Made by a program: the position numbers and the translations under genes. A DNA stretch of 34,953 nucleotides from Proteromonas lacertae. Lineage: Eukaryota. The stretch lies in the NCBI GenBank assembly GCA_002245135.1, contig NGBS01000026.1, forward strand, positions 62,001-96,953, given 5' to 3'. The notes under the pieces were generated by a model, which was not told the origin of the DNA, made no database searches, and saw nothing but the letters and a program-made list of their open reading frames with translations. Numbering within the stretch: position 1 is the stretch's first letter; the number at the start of each line of letters is the position of its first letter. Below, piece after piece: positions 1-15,000 of the stretch.

Positions 1-3000
1 ATCGATAGTAAATATTCAAAGATAATATACATGACAGTTGATAATGAAGAAAGTCAGAATCTTACAATATCAAACTTATTACAAGAAAAACCATACTATT
101 TCATTGTTTATGCAACTAATGCAGATGAAGTAAGTCCAAAAACACCAGAACAAGAATGGAGTACAGGTGAACCAGCAACACCATTTTGGAATTATCCAAT
201 TACCAAGCCAAGCTCACCTGAAGAAATAAAGACAGTTGTTTATGATAATACTACAGTTATTGTTAGATGGAATGTTCCATTTAATACAGGTTCTATTCCA
301 ATCACAAAGTATCATCTTGAATGGGATAAACATAGTGGTATTAATGAAATACAAATAATTGTAATTTCAGGAAAAATAACAGGTGGATCAATACAGATTC
401 AATTCTTAAATATTACATCTCAACCAATAAGATATCCATTCAAATTAGAAAATATAAAGAAAGCAATATCCTATATGTATATTCTTGGTGAAATAGATAT
501 ATCATATGTTGAATTTAATAATAATCACAATATAACAATATCATTTATTTCTAGACCAGGTAAACAACCAATGTTGGAATTAATAACAAATGAATTATTA
601 GGAAGTGATTTAGAATATTCAATTAGTACAATTCAAACAGGTACAGAACCATATTTTGATGAAGCAACAACTGGTGCAATTGCTATTCCACTTGGTGAAA
701 CATATATTACTAGACAACCAAATATTCAAAGAATAGAATTATCATCAGAAGGTGAAAATGTTAAAGGAACATTCAAATTGAGTTATATGGGTAAAGAAAC
801 AGAAGATATTGCATTTGATACAGATGCTGATGATATGAAAGTGATATTAGAAAATCTATTATCAGTATATTCAGTTAATATAACAACAGGAATTATTAAC
901 CAGACTGTTATTCCACCATTTGTTAGATTTACAAGATATTGGGATGTTACATTTAATGATGTGATTGGTAAAAATCCAATGATGTTAATATCATCATACG
1001 ATAATCAATATTCAACTGAAGTATATGGTGGAACTTTAACTGGAGAAAGATCAAGAGGATCAGTAAGTAGAATTCAAACATCAAAAGTTCCAACTGAATA
1101 TAAGATTGAAGGATTAACAGAAGATTATCATTACTATTTAAGATTAACAGCTTATAATGATTATGGAGAAAGTAAATCTAATATTTATGATTTCTATGTT
1201 ACACCAAAGAAACAACCTCCAGCTAAACCTTTGAATGTTGAATTATATTCTTATAAGAAAGATGAAATAATGATTACTTGGACAGTTAATCCAAATGATG
1301 GTGGTGTTCCTGTGAATTATTATTTGCTTGAATATTCAAAGTATGAAACATTTAACGATTCAGAGATAATAATGATTGGTGAATTTGATGTGAACGAAAA
1401 GATATTTAGATATAATATGACAGTTTATGATAATGATTGTTATTATATTAGAGTAATTGCCTATAATTCAATAGGATATAGTGAACCGCAATTAGCTGTA
1501 CCAGGACCAGATAGTCGATCATATTATTATAGTATTAAAGGTGATTTATTAGAGAAATACGGTAACAGTGTTAAAGAAATATATGAAATATTGAATAAGA
1601 ATAACATTACTAATGCAGATGTTACAGATGTTAGTATATCATCAACAGATTTAGAATTTTATATTATTACACCATATTATATGCCATTCTTTAGTAATTT
1701 AACTCCATTTATTGTTGGTTTGAATGAAAGCCAACAGTGTATGGTTGCTAGAGATTCTATTCCTTCTGGTTTAGAAGAAGTTAATATAGTAGCAGTATCA
1801 CCAACATCAATTGGTATATTCTATAAACAACCAAAATATCCATTACCAGATGAAATTATACACAGAAGCCTTGATGGAGGAGGTTTAAGAAATTATTCCT
1901 ATTTAGTTGAATGGAGTACTGATTTTGGATTTATTAATTCATCAAAGCAGATATTTAACAATTCAGAAGAAAAATGGCAAATTTATTTACCAACAGAAGA
2001 TGAATATTATATTAGAGTAAGAGCAAAGAATAGTATTGGCTATGGTCCAGCAACAGCATCAAATCCAATGTCAATGAAACCAGAAGCTCAAGTTCCAGGT
2101 CAATGCAGTTTAGAAGTTGCTCATATTCAGGAAATACCAACACAATTATTACTCACATTACATGCTCCAGTGTATGATAAATATGGATTTAAAACACATA
2201 ATGGTGGTTCTAAATTGCTGTATTATGAAATACAAGTTGAAGGTAGTAATAATGATTCTTATAAGTTCTTATATCCACTTAATGATTATCAACATGAATG
2301 TATTGATGATAATGGATGTGAATATAAATTAGGTACTCAATTCCAACAATTTATGATTCGTCCATTTGATTATAATAGTAGTGAATGGTATTATAAGTTC
2401 TTTGGTAAACCATATACGCAATTAAGAGATAATTTTGCAGAAATAGATGATGTAATAAAAGATGCATTAACAGATTGGTCAAATCCACCATGTTATGATG
2501 TTAGAAGAATTATACATCAAAATAAGACTTACAGTATGTCATTAATATCGTACAACAACCAATCAGAATGTGGAAATGAAATTACTACATTTATAGTAGA
2601 TGAGGGAGTTGGATTAGATGATCCTTATGTAAAAATAGGAATGCCATATAGAGGATTAACCTCAGGTGTTGAATATACAATAACAGCAAGAGCAATAAAT
2701 GAAGTTGGTTATGGTATATCTTATACAGCAGAACCAATAATACCACATGGTGTTCCATCTGAACCATTGAATGTTACAGTATATCCAATGATGTATAATA
2801 AAGATCAATTGATGGTTTGTTGGAATGGTCCAAATTTCTTGAATGGTCATGAAATTGTTCATTTCAATGTCAGTTTATATGATAAAGACAATAAATTAGT
2901 AGGACCATTTATGTATTTAATTGATGAATTAGTATCAGATCATAATCTCTCATATTGTGGTGTTGTTAGTGGATTAGAACCAGGAATGGAATATGATAAT

Positions 3001-6000
3001 ATTACTGTATTAAGTAACAATGGTGATTATAGTAAACCATCAGAAAAAGGAATTGCAAAATGTCCAGAGAATGCAACAGAGAGTTGTATTCCATTATTAA
3101 TACCAAGGCAATTACCAGGAGTTGCAGAATTTGAAATAGGTGGATGGAATGGAAATGATACTGCTTATTATACATCCACTTCTACTCAATTAATACATTC
3201 ATTATGATACTAAAGAGAGTGGTGTTGCATTTACATCAATTCGTGCTTATTTATCTTATGATAAAACTTTTGGAAAATCCAATAACAAAGACTGTGACAT
3301 ACAATGAAAAAGAAACAGCTGAAGGAGGAAAAAATGGAAAAGAAACATACAAATTGTTATTTACATCAATAAAGAAACATTCATTGATATACATGAAAGT
3401 ATTAGTTATAAATAATTTAGGTGAAGGTCCATTAACTGATCCATTAAATACAACATTATTGGAATTACCAAAATCTCCAAGTTATGTTTTATTAAAGACA
3501 TATACAAATGGTACTAAAGCAGAACAAAGTGTTACATTAGAAGTTGATATTACAGCACCAACTGAATTAGGTGGATTTGATGAATGTTCTTATATTGTAG
3601 AATATGTTAAACATGAATTTAGTACAAAGCCAACAATGAATATAATTACAGTGAATAAAGATGTTAAAGAATATAGATTAGGAATTGATAATAGACATTT
3701 CTCATGTTATATTCCATATGATGCTGATGAAATATATATACAAAATGCAATTAGTAATATTAAAGGAGTAGGAAATGTTCAAGTAATTGCAAATAAACCA
3801 ACTAGTGAGAATAGAACATATGAAGTATTATTCTATGGATATCCTGATTATAAATTAATATCAGATACAGAATCAGCAGAAAAAGTGAAAATAGAAAATA
3901 TTACTGTTATTGAAGAGAATTTATTAACCAAAGAAGTTCCATGCGATTATCCATCTTTGAAATATGTGAAACTAGAAAATTTAGAAACAAGAATTCCATA
4001 TTACATAAGAGTGTCAACTAAAACAGAATTTGGTACATCTGGACCAACATATTCAATTCCATCAAAATTAGCACCAAAACCACAAACATCTGATTCACCT
4101 CGTTCACCTTATCAGAATGGTACTTATCCATTATTAACAATGATCAATTCAAATACAATCAATATACGATATTGGCCACCATTGTTTACAGGCGGTGAAA
4201 TAGTAAAGAATTATATAATTGAATATAGTTTGAATAATCATTTCAGTCCAGCAACTGCAATTCAAGTAGATTCAACTGTTTTCTCAGTTAATATTAATGA
4301 TTTAGAAGAAGAAAATACATATTATGTAAGAATGGCAGCAACTACAACATTAGTAGGTGAATATGTAAGAACAAAACCAACATCAATGTATCTTTATACA
4401 TTTGTAAAGAAACCAACAATCAATCCATTGAAAGTATTATCAGGTACTTCTGTTGAAATTACATGGGAAAGTTATGATGCTGAAGAGTATTTAGTTGAAT
4501 GGTATACTGAGAGATTATCAGGTTCAAGATATGGAAATCCAGTAGTAGTTACATTATCATTCTTAGATAATGAAATTGATACAGAATCAGAAGGAAATTT
4601 CACAATTGCTGTTGGTAAATTTGATGTAAAATTACCAGGAAGTTGTACAGTTGATTATAATAGAAGTTTATTGTTTGGAAATGGTGAAGACTATCTTCCA
4701 TACATTGAAGCTGGTGATTTAGTTCAATGTGTTGGTGAAAGAAATAAGAATTATGTAGTAGAAGATATAGAATATTGGATTCCTAATACAAGAATAATAT
4801 TTACTGAAGAAATATCAGATGATATTGATTGTTCTTCAATCTATATTCAACATAAAACATATCATATTTCAGTGAAAGATATATATAATAGCACAATAAT
4901 CAAAGAAGCAATAGATCACTTAGAATCTACATCATATGTTGATATATCTGAAGTTAGAAATGAAGATGAGAATATAACAAGTTATATATTAAAATTTAAA
5001 GATGTCTATTGTCCAGATGATAAAGGTAATTGTCTTAATGAATATAGATATGCAAATGTTAATATCAATAATCACAATATGAAGAACAATACTGGATTAA
5101 CTGCAAGTATAAAGAAAGGTATTTTACCACAAGATTATAGTCAAGCTATAATCACTAATATAACAAATAAATTATATGTAATAAATGGATTAATTAATGG
5201 TAAAACATATTATATAAGTGTTACAGGTAAAAATCCAATTGGTTATGGTATGAAATCAGATATATTGACAACAATGCCAGTTGAAAATCCAAGTACACCA
5301 TCTTTATCAGACTTCTCCTTAATGCCTTGGACAAATACATCATTGAAGTTATTATACGATGTATTAGTAGATAATGGTGGTAGTAGTATAACTCATTATA
5401 ATATAAGATATTCATGGAGTAAGAGATTCTTAGATGAAGATACAGAATATGATAAAATTCCATTAACTCATAGAATACAAAAATTAACAAGTGAAGGTAA
5501 AAGTATTAGTATTCAAAATACATTCAGATTGTATTATGGTGAATGTAAAAGTAGTTATGATATAAAACCAATATGCGAAAGATGTATAAATGGTACAAAA
5601 GGAACTTCAACTATAACAATGATGAAAACAGACAATATAACATTATATCCAACTGAATATATAAAATTGAATGGATTAATTGAAATGAGAGTCTGTGGAG
5701 GAGTTAATTCAGTTAATGAAAATAATGGATTATATGAAATTAATTTATGTAAAGTGGATGATATAAGTCAAAAATATTCATTATCAATTGATATTAATGA
5801 AGGTTATATCCAAAGATTATCATCATTTATTGGTTTAGCAAACTTCATAAAACAAAATGAATTTAAATTTGATGAAAGAATGAATGTTAGACCTGTTGAT
5901 TTAATAGATGGAGATTATATTTGTATTGGTACTTCAATGAGAAAATATAGAATAATTCAAAGTGATAATAATAATGATGAATCATATTCAATAAAGAATT

Positions 6001-9000
6001 ACATTAATTTATATGAAGATGCAGATTATCCAGGTGATGATTCATCTTATTTCGATAAGAATTATTTCCCAGTTTACCTAACACCAAGAACAATACCAAT
6101 TGATCATGGTTATACCAGTAGTAGAGATATTTCAACATCCATTAAAAGTGCTTTAGAAGATCTTCCAGAGATAGGAACAGTGGATGTAAGACAACAAAGT
6201 AACCAAAAAGGATTTTCATGGTTTATTACATTTACAACAATGCCAACAACATCAAATCCAGTAGAGATCTTATATAATGATTATAATCTCTCATCTTATG
6301 GACAGCCAGCAACATTATCAATATGCGATAGTGAAGAATATGTTATTAAGAATCGTAATACAGGTGAGTATACATATGTAGAGTTACAAGCTTGTTCAAT
6401 AGCTGGATGTAGTGAATGGAGTGAATTTAAAGGCGAAATTCCACAAAATATTAAGCCATATCCACCAGGAATATCATCCTACAGACAAATGTCTTATTGG
6501 CATTCATTGATTGAGTTTACTAAATCAGTACATGATGGTGGTGAACTAATTATACAGTATAATATTGAATGTGGTACTTTGAAGAAGACAATTTATCCAA
6601 ATGATGATAATGATGTTATTCCACAGATTGATAGATATACATTATCAGTTGAAAGTAATTATACAATTAGTGGTACTTATTACTTAGAATTTAATGGTCA
6701 ATTAACTGTTCCAATATCATATGATGCAACAACAGAAGAAGTTAAGAATGCTTTAGAAGATTTATGTACAATTATTGAAGTGAATGTTAGTAGAAATATA
6801 TTAGAGAATGGTTTTACATGGTATATTACTTATACAAAATTACCTTATGAAGGTGATTCTACAGGATTATTGAAAGTATATCCTTATGGATTAAAGGTAG
6901 ATAATAATGATTATGATAGTTATGATAATATGATTAAAGTATTACAACCAATTCAAATAGGTAGATTACCTTATCGTTATACAATTTTAGCAATGGGTGC
7001 TTCAGTTACAACTTGCTATATATCATCAGAAACTGAACATTTAAAGAGTGATGGTTATAAATTAATTAAACAATTATCGAAAGGTCCATATTCATCATCA
7101 CCTCCAAATGATGTTAAAATCACAACAATTGATAGATCAACCATACAATTGAGTTGGAATTATCCTGATTTTTATGATACATTCAGTCAAACTGGTTTAT
7201 ACACAACAAGTTATGTAGTTCAATGGGATTATGTGAATAGTTTTGATAGTATTTGTGATACAAATTGTAGTATTGATAATCTTAAACCTTATGGAGAATT
7301 AACTACGCCATTACTATCAACAACAATTAGTAATTTACCATCAGGAGTTCCATTCTATATCTCAGTATATGCTGTAAGTAGTACTACTAGTGAAAATGCT
7401 ATTAAAGTGAATGGCTATCCATTTATTAGTAAAGAACAACACTTTGCATATGATTATCCATCACCACCAGTAAAACCATTGTTGAAACCATACAGTAGTG
7501 ATTCATTATTAGTTGAATTAGATATTGTTGATAAAGATATTCCTGAAGGTAATAATGGTTATCCAGTTGATACTTATGTAGTTGAATATGGAACAAATGT
7601 AAATGAAAATCAGAATGTGATTTTTAATTCAAGTGTTAAAGTGAATTATAGATTAGGCTTTGACATTAATGAATTAACTAATTGTGTAAGTGAAACAACA
7701 CCTTTATCTGACATTGAAACTGAATTAGAATTTTTGAATACTATAAATGGAGTAAAAATATCATTACTTCCAAGAGGTTATTCAATAGAATTTGAAGAAA
7801 GTGGTAAATATGAATTATTACATGCTTATAGCTGTGATAATTATAATGAAATTTCAAGTAGTATAATGACAATTAGTGAAGTTACAGTTGGTATTGCAAA
7901 TATTATTTCTCCAGTTGTTAAATTATATTCTGATGGAAATTATGAAGGATTTAATGAAGAAGAGAATCCATCATTTGTAGTTGGTAATACATATATTGGT
8001 GATTATGTTGAAGATAATGTTGATTGTAAAGCATCAGCGAGAAAAAGGAAGAAATGTATTAACTGTTTCTAGTGATAGTAAATGTGTATTATATCAATAT
8101 GAAACAATAAAATTAGAAAATGATAATCAGACTTATGAAGTTGTAAGTGTTGAAATTAATAAAGTATATAGATTATCTCATTATTTCGTTAATAATTTTG
8201 AAAATCAAAATGTATTAAGAATGGATACTTTATTAGGAAGAACAGCTTGTACAAATCCAACAGATTCACATTTATACTTATTAGAGAAAAATACTGATAA
8301 TGAAAAACAATACAATACAAAGAGTTTATGATAGAAATGGAAATTCATATAATTTGGGAAGTAGTAATTCTAACTCAGATTCATGTACAAGCGAAGGATA
8401 TGTTCCTATATTAGTTTATGGAATAAAATATACAGAATTATTAGATGGAAATATAACATCATCAAACTTAAAACAAGCTATTGAATCATTACCAAGTAGT
8501 GGTGTAGTTGATGTAGAAAGATTTGGTCCAATATTAACTGGTAGTTATGTGTGGTATATTACATTCAAATCGTATGTTGGAAGAATTCCATCTGATTATT
8601 TACATGTTAAATGTGAGAATGTTGAGAATTATTATTATAAGACTGAAGTGGTTGAATATGGTTCTTTATTGAATAGTGAAGATTTAGTATTTAGTTCAAA
8701 GATATCTGGTTCAATTAATGAAAATAGATTACCAGAAATACAGAAAATATCAATTACTACTACAGATAAAACAGCATTGAAAGGTAAATTCGATATAAAT
8801 TATGATGGTGAAAGTATTAAGAAAGTTGATGTTAGATCAACTGAAGAAGATATAAAATCATTATTAGAAAGAACAATAAATATTGGAAGAGTATCAATAT
8901 CTAGAAATGTAGTTAACAATAACAATATTACATTTGGATATGAATGGTTAGTAACATTTGAAAGTAAAATGGGAGATTTAGAGTTGATGGAAATAGATAA

Positions 9001-12000
9001 TTGTCCAGAAGGTCTTACATGTGAAGTTAGTGAAGAACAAAGAGGAAGATATCCATTGACATCTTATATTATATCACCATTAACAGCAGGTAAAACATAT
9101 TATGCAAGAGTAAGAGGAATGAATAAAAAGGGAATGGGTGAATCAACAATGATTCATCAGAATATTGGATTAGGTTTATTGCCAATACAATTTACAGTTT
9201 CAGGTAAACCAGAGTTGTCAACTGAAATAACAGTTAATCCATATAGTCCAAGTCAATTAGAAGTAAACTTCGATTCAGAGAGTAATGGTGTAATAATAGA
9301 TGAGTATATTATTGAATGGTATCAGAAGAATGAAACTACCAATCCAGCAAGTATAGAATTAACAATAACAGGATATAAAGAATTTCCAAGAGGTTATTTT
9401 GTTGTGATTTACAAAGAAGAAAAATCAAAAAGAATAGAAGTATCTTCAACTATAGCTAATTTGATGAATTCATTAAATTCAATTTCAACAATGTCATTTG
9501 TTAATGTAAGTGAAAGAAATGTTATTAATACAACAGCTACAAAAGGTTATTCTTGGACAATTGTGTTTGAAATAGATAGTACAAGGAATGAGAATATAAA
9601 AGATGATTTTACAGTTGATATACAGGATATTACCTACCCATCAAATGTTTCATTTGATATTTCATTTACACCAGCCAGTGGTTATAATAATTACAATAAG
9701 AGAGTATTATCAACAAATTCAAAAGATTGTAATGGTTATTTAGATGGTGAAAGATTAGAGAATGGATGTAGTAGTGGATATCATACAATTCAAACAATAA
9801 TGATAGAATCTTATAATGAAGAACCTACAGGAACATTCAGTTTATTCTACAATGGAAAAGAAACAAGAGAAATTAAAGCTGATGTAGATTCTTATACATT
9901 ACAGAATATATTACATAATGATTTAGATATCAATGTTATTGTTAATAAATATAGTGAAATAATAGAGAATGATAAAGAAAAAATAGATGATTATAAAATA
10001 CATAAAATTTACACATGGGATATTACATTTACTGGTTATTCAAGTGAAGATTTAATGATTGCTAAATCTAATCATTTATCATGTGCAGTGAAAGTATATT
10101 CAACAATGTATTTGACATTATCATCAGAATCAGAATCACAAGTGAATGGAACATATCAACTACAAATTGGTAATAAAGAAATAACAAAATTAATTCCTGT
10201 AAGTGTTGAGGATTTAGGAGAATATGATAATGATGAAATGATTAGTGGATTTGATAATAATAAAGAAGTAACTGAATCTGATTTGATTGAATATGCATTA
10301 CAGGAACTTCCATCAGTAGGTAAAGTATATGTATCAGAATCTGAATTATATATTGATTTACCAGGAAAAGTTAAATTAGTGAAACAAGAAGATAATGAAG
10401 ATGCAATAATATTAAAACATTCATCAAATTGGGATAGTTTTATTGATGTAACAAAGAAAGAGAATATTTTGAAGATAAGAGATTTACTGTTTATTGTAAT
10501 TAGTAAATATACAAATAATAATGATTATTTGATTAAACTCTTTAATTCAAATGAAACTGTTGAAGAAGAATTATATTCAAATTACTATACAGCATCAATG
10601 AAAGATATAAATGGAAAGAGATATAGATTATTATTCTTAGATTATAGTTTTGATTTAAGATCATTATCTGTTATTGGTGATAAATTAAGTGGATTAGGTG
10701 TTAGATCATATGTAACATATGGTATTGGAGTTAAACCAAATTATTTCATTATTGGAAGTCCAATTATTACTAAGTCAATTACATTATTGAAATCTGAATA
10801 TAAAGCAATTAAAGTAAATAATAATGATGAATGTATATCAGATATTAATTTAGAATATATACAAAATGAATTATCTAGTGTTTATATTCAAGATATTTCA
10901 AGTGAAACAAGTTATCAATATTATTTCAAATTTACAGAAAACAATTATAAAGAAGAAATTACAATCAAAGCATTTACAAAATCAGATTGTAGTGATAGTG
11001 GAGTAGATGTTTCATTTGCAGTTCAACAAGATGAATATCCATTAGCAATCTATGATTATAGATATATAGCTTTAAAACCATATGAATCTTATTATGTATC
11101 AGTTATTGCAAAGAATAGTGCTGGAAGTGGTAATGCATCAGTAGTAAAAGTTGGACCATTTGATGGATTTAGTTATATTCCTTCATCACCACTTTCATTA
11201 ACAGTTGGTAGAGATTATACAAATGAATCGATGAGTATTGAGTTTAATGAACCATATAAGACAGGTAGTTCAAATATACAAATGTATCATATTGAAGTTG
11301 ATACTGATCCATCATTTGATACAAGAAATACAAAATTTATAGAATATTCTCAATTACCTGATATTCAAACAATAACTATCTCTAGAAGTAAAACAAGTAA
11401 ATATTCTGATGGTAATGTAAGTATTACATTATCATGGGGAGGTTTAGAATCAAAGGAAATTATGTTATTGAAAGATTCAATAGAAGATTCAATTGTAGAA
11501 ATAACAAAAGCAATTCGTTATATAACAAGATTATCATCAGATGTTGAAAATTCTGTGATTGTTAGTTTAATGAAATATGGTAGTGATTATATTTATACAG
11601 TTACATTCAATGGATTATGTGGAAATGTCGGATTAATAAATGCAAAAGTAGAACCAAATGATAGAATATCAGTTGTAGTTGAAAAAGTACAAGTTGGTGT
11701 ATGTAATGTTGAACCTGGTTCTTATTCTAAAGAAAAACAAGCAATAAGAATATCAAATGGAAATGGTAATTTCAGTATTGTATTTGAAGGATATAAGACA
11801 GATGCAATTATAATAAATGAAGGTGATCCAAAGAAAAATAGTGTAAGAATCAGAAATGAATTAATGAAATTACCATCAATTGGAAATGTCCATATTAATG
11901 TTGTAGAAGATAGTATTTATGAAGTTGAGTTTGCCCATTTAAATACTGAATTTATCGAAGGTGTTGGTTCATTAACTCCAATGATAATTGAAATAGATCC

Positions 12001-15000
12001 AGAATCTTCATTAAATGTTGAAGTATATGAAATGATAAAAGGAACACTTCCAGTTGCATACATTATAAGTGACTTAAAACCATTTACAAATTATCACTTT
12101 AGAGTTCAAGCATTTGGTAGTAATAGTGGTTATGGATTATATTCAGATTATATAACAAAATCATTTGATGTTATTCCACCAAGTCCTGAACATATTTACT
12201 TAAATATCTCATCCAATACATCATTATCAGTAACAATAATACCAAATAATAATGAGAATATTCCTGTTGATTATTTTAAAGTATATTACTATAAAAATGA
12301 AGGTGTCTATTCAGTTCAAAGAGTGACAGTAACTGCTGCTGATGTTCAAATATGTGATAATAATAACAATGGAGATGAAAGTAATACTGAAGATGAAGTG
12401 ACATTACATGAAATGGAGGTTAAAAATTGTCATAAATATGTAGATCAACAACAAATATTAATTTCAAGTGATAGTGATGCAATTCCTGGTAGATTTAAGT
12501 TACATTTCAAAGAAGAAACTACCAATTACATTTCAGTATATGATGATATAGAAGTATTAGGAAAAGAGTTGAAACAACAATTGGAGTATTTACCATCAAT
12601 TGATGAAGTTTCAGTAATATGTGAAAAACTAACAGATGGTGAGAATTTGAAATTGTCATGTTCAATATTATTCAAAAGTTTAGTTGGTGAACAACCATTA
12701 TTAATAGCTGATCCAGAACCAGGATTTAGTGGATCAATAATTATATCACATATAAGAAAAGGAATTGATATGTTGAATGGAGAATTTAGTTTATGTTATG
12801 AAGATAAAGACACTAAATTGACTTGTACAAGAATGATGAGTTATAATGTTAAAGAGAATGAATTGAGAGAAGAATTAGAATTAATTCCAAATCTTGGAAA
12901 TATTAAAGTAACAAAAGAAAAGAATATCAATGGTTTTGATTATTATATTACATTTATTGATTCAATTGGTGAAAATTTAAGTCCAAAATTGTCTATAAAG
13001 AGCTATCAATTAACTGGAACTGCTGCTTTAGCATATGTAGAAGAAATACATAAATTAGATTTCCTAATTGTTGAATCTGAACCAATCACTGATGTTTCTA
13101 ACCCATATATTATTACAAATCTTGAGACATCAAAACCATATACAGTTTACGTTAGATCATTCAATAGTGTAGGATATGGATTATCAAAATATGCAGAACC
13201 AAAATCAGAAATACCTCGTTCAACACCATCACAACCAACTGGTTTCAAAGTCATTCCATTAAGTCCAACAGATATTAAAGTATTATTTACACCACCAGAA
13301 ACTAATGGAGGAGCTGAAATTGTGTATTATAGAGTTGAATGGAGTAACAGACCATTTACATATCGATTATTACAAGATGAAGGTAGTAAATATGTAGAGA
13401 TAGAAAATAATGTGAATAATACAATTGATGATATATTCCATGTTAATATTAAAGTTGAAGAAAATTCAAATACATATATAAGAATAGCTGCCTATAATAA
13501 TCTTGGTGTTGGTACTTATACTAATTCAATAGAAACTAAAGGAGAATTGAAAACTCCAGCTGCACCAATCAATGTAAATGCAACAGTATATTCAATAGCA
13601 CAAATATTGATTTCATGGGAAGAATCAACAATAGAAAATACTTTAGAATATGGAGGAAATGGTGGTTCTCCAATAGTAGACTATACAATAGAGTATGATA
13701 TAAATTCAGGATTTTCAACTGGAAAAATAATTACTGTTGATTATACTCATAATTCAGTTGTATTAGGTGAAAGAAATATAATGACTGGTGTAGAAAAAGC
13801 AGTAGTTAAAGAAGGTGAAACATTATATGTTAGAATAAAAGCAAGAAATGAAATAGGTATAAGTTCTCCATCAGATACAATTGTAATAAGAAATATATCC
13901 AATCAGAATCCATCATCGTTGAATATTACTATAATTAAAAGAACAAAGAATTCATTGACAGTTGGTTGGGAATTACCTGTATCAGATGGTGGAAATCAAA
14001 TATCACAATTTATTATACAACATTCGTTATATCCAGACTTTAAAGAAACAGAAACTAAGACTAATTATGCCAAAGTTGTATATGAACAACAGTCAGTAAT
14101 AGTTGCACAGAATTTAAGTTATGAAGAACAATTCTTTAATATACAAGTTCCAGTAACAAATCAAATTATAAAGATAAAATCACTAATGAAAGATGAAAAA
14201 CCAATAGATCCATCATTTAATATTACTTTAAATGCAGATGAATTCGATTCAACAAAAGTACAAATAAGAATTGGTGGTGATAAAGATGAAGAAGTGAATG
14301 ATCATGAAATTCAAACTATTAGATTTATGTCAGATAATATTCCAACTGAACATGAAATAATAATTAATACAGAATATCTTCCAGAAATACACAACATAAC
14401 AATAGATATTCCCTTAGATCATAATAATAGTCAATCTGTGTATGAATTCGATATGAGTAAATGTAAACCAAAAGATAAAACAATATTGATAATGACAGAA
14501 TATGAAATAACATTTGCTGATGGTATTCATAAGTATCATTCAGATGGTTCATTTGTTGTGTTTGATAAAGTTGATTCTGTATTGGTTACAAAAGCATTTA
14601 ATGGATTATATACATCAGCTAATATTAAACCATTTGAATGTAAAGAAAAAGACAATAATAAATATGTGTATGAATGTAAATTAGATGTGAAATATGGAAG
14701 TCCAATAATTGAAACACAAACTAGTTGTGGTATAGTTAAAGCAATATCTAATGGTTATATAATTCCGAATGATGAAACTATTAGATTAGTATATAAATCA
14801 GATGATTTTGTTGGTAAAGTTATTCCAAATGAAGATATTGTAGTTGAATATAAATATAATATATCATTAGATGATTTGACTGTGTTATTCTCTCAAGTAT
14901 TTAATAGTGATTTAATTGAAATTAATGTTTATGATTTTGGTAATAGAAATGCTAAACAATATGTAATTACATATAATGGATATGAAGGAAATATTCCATT

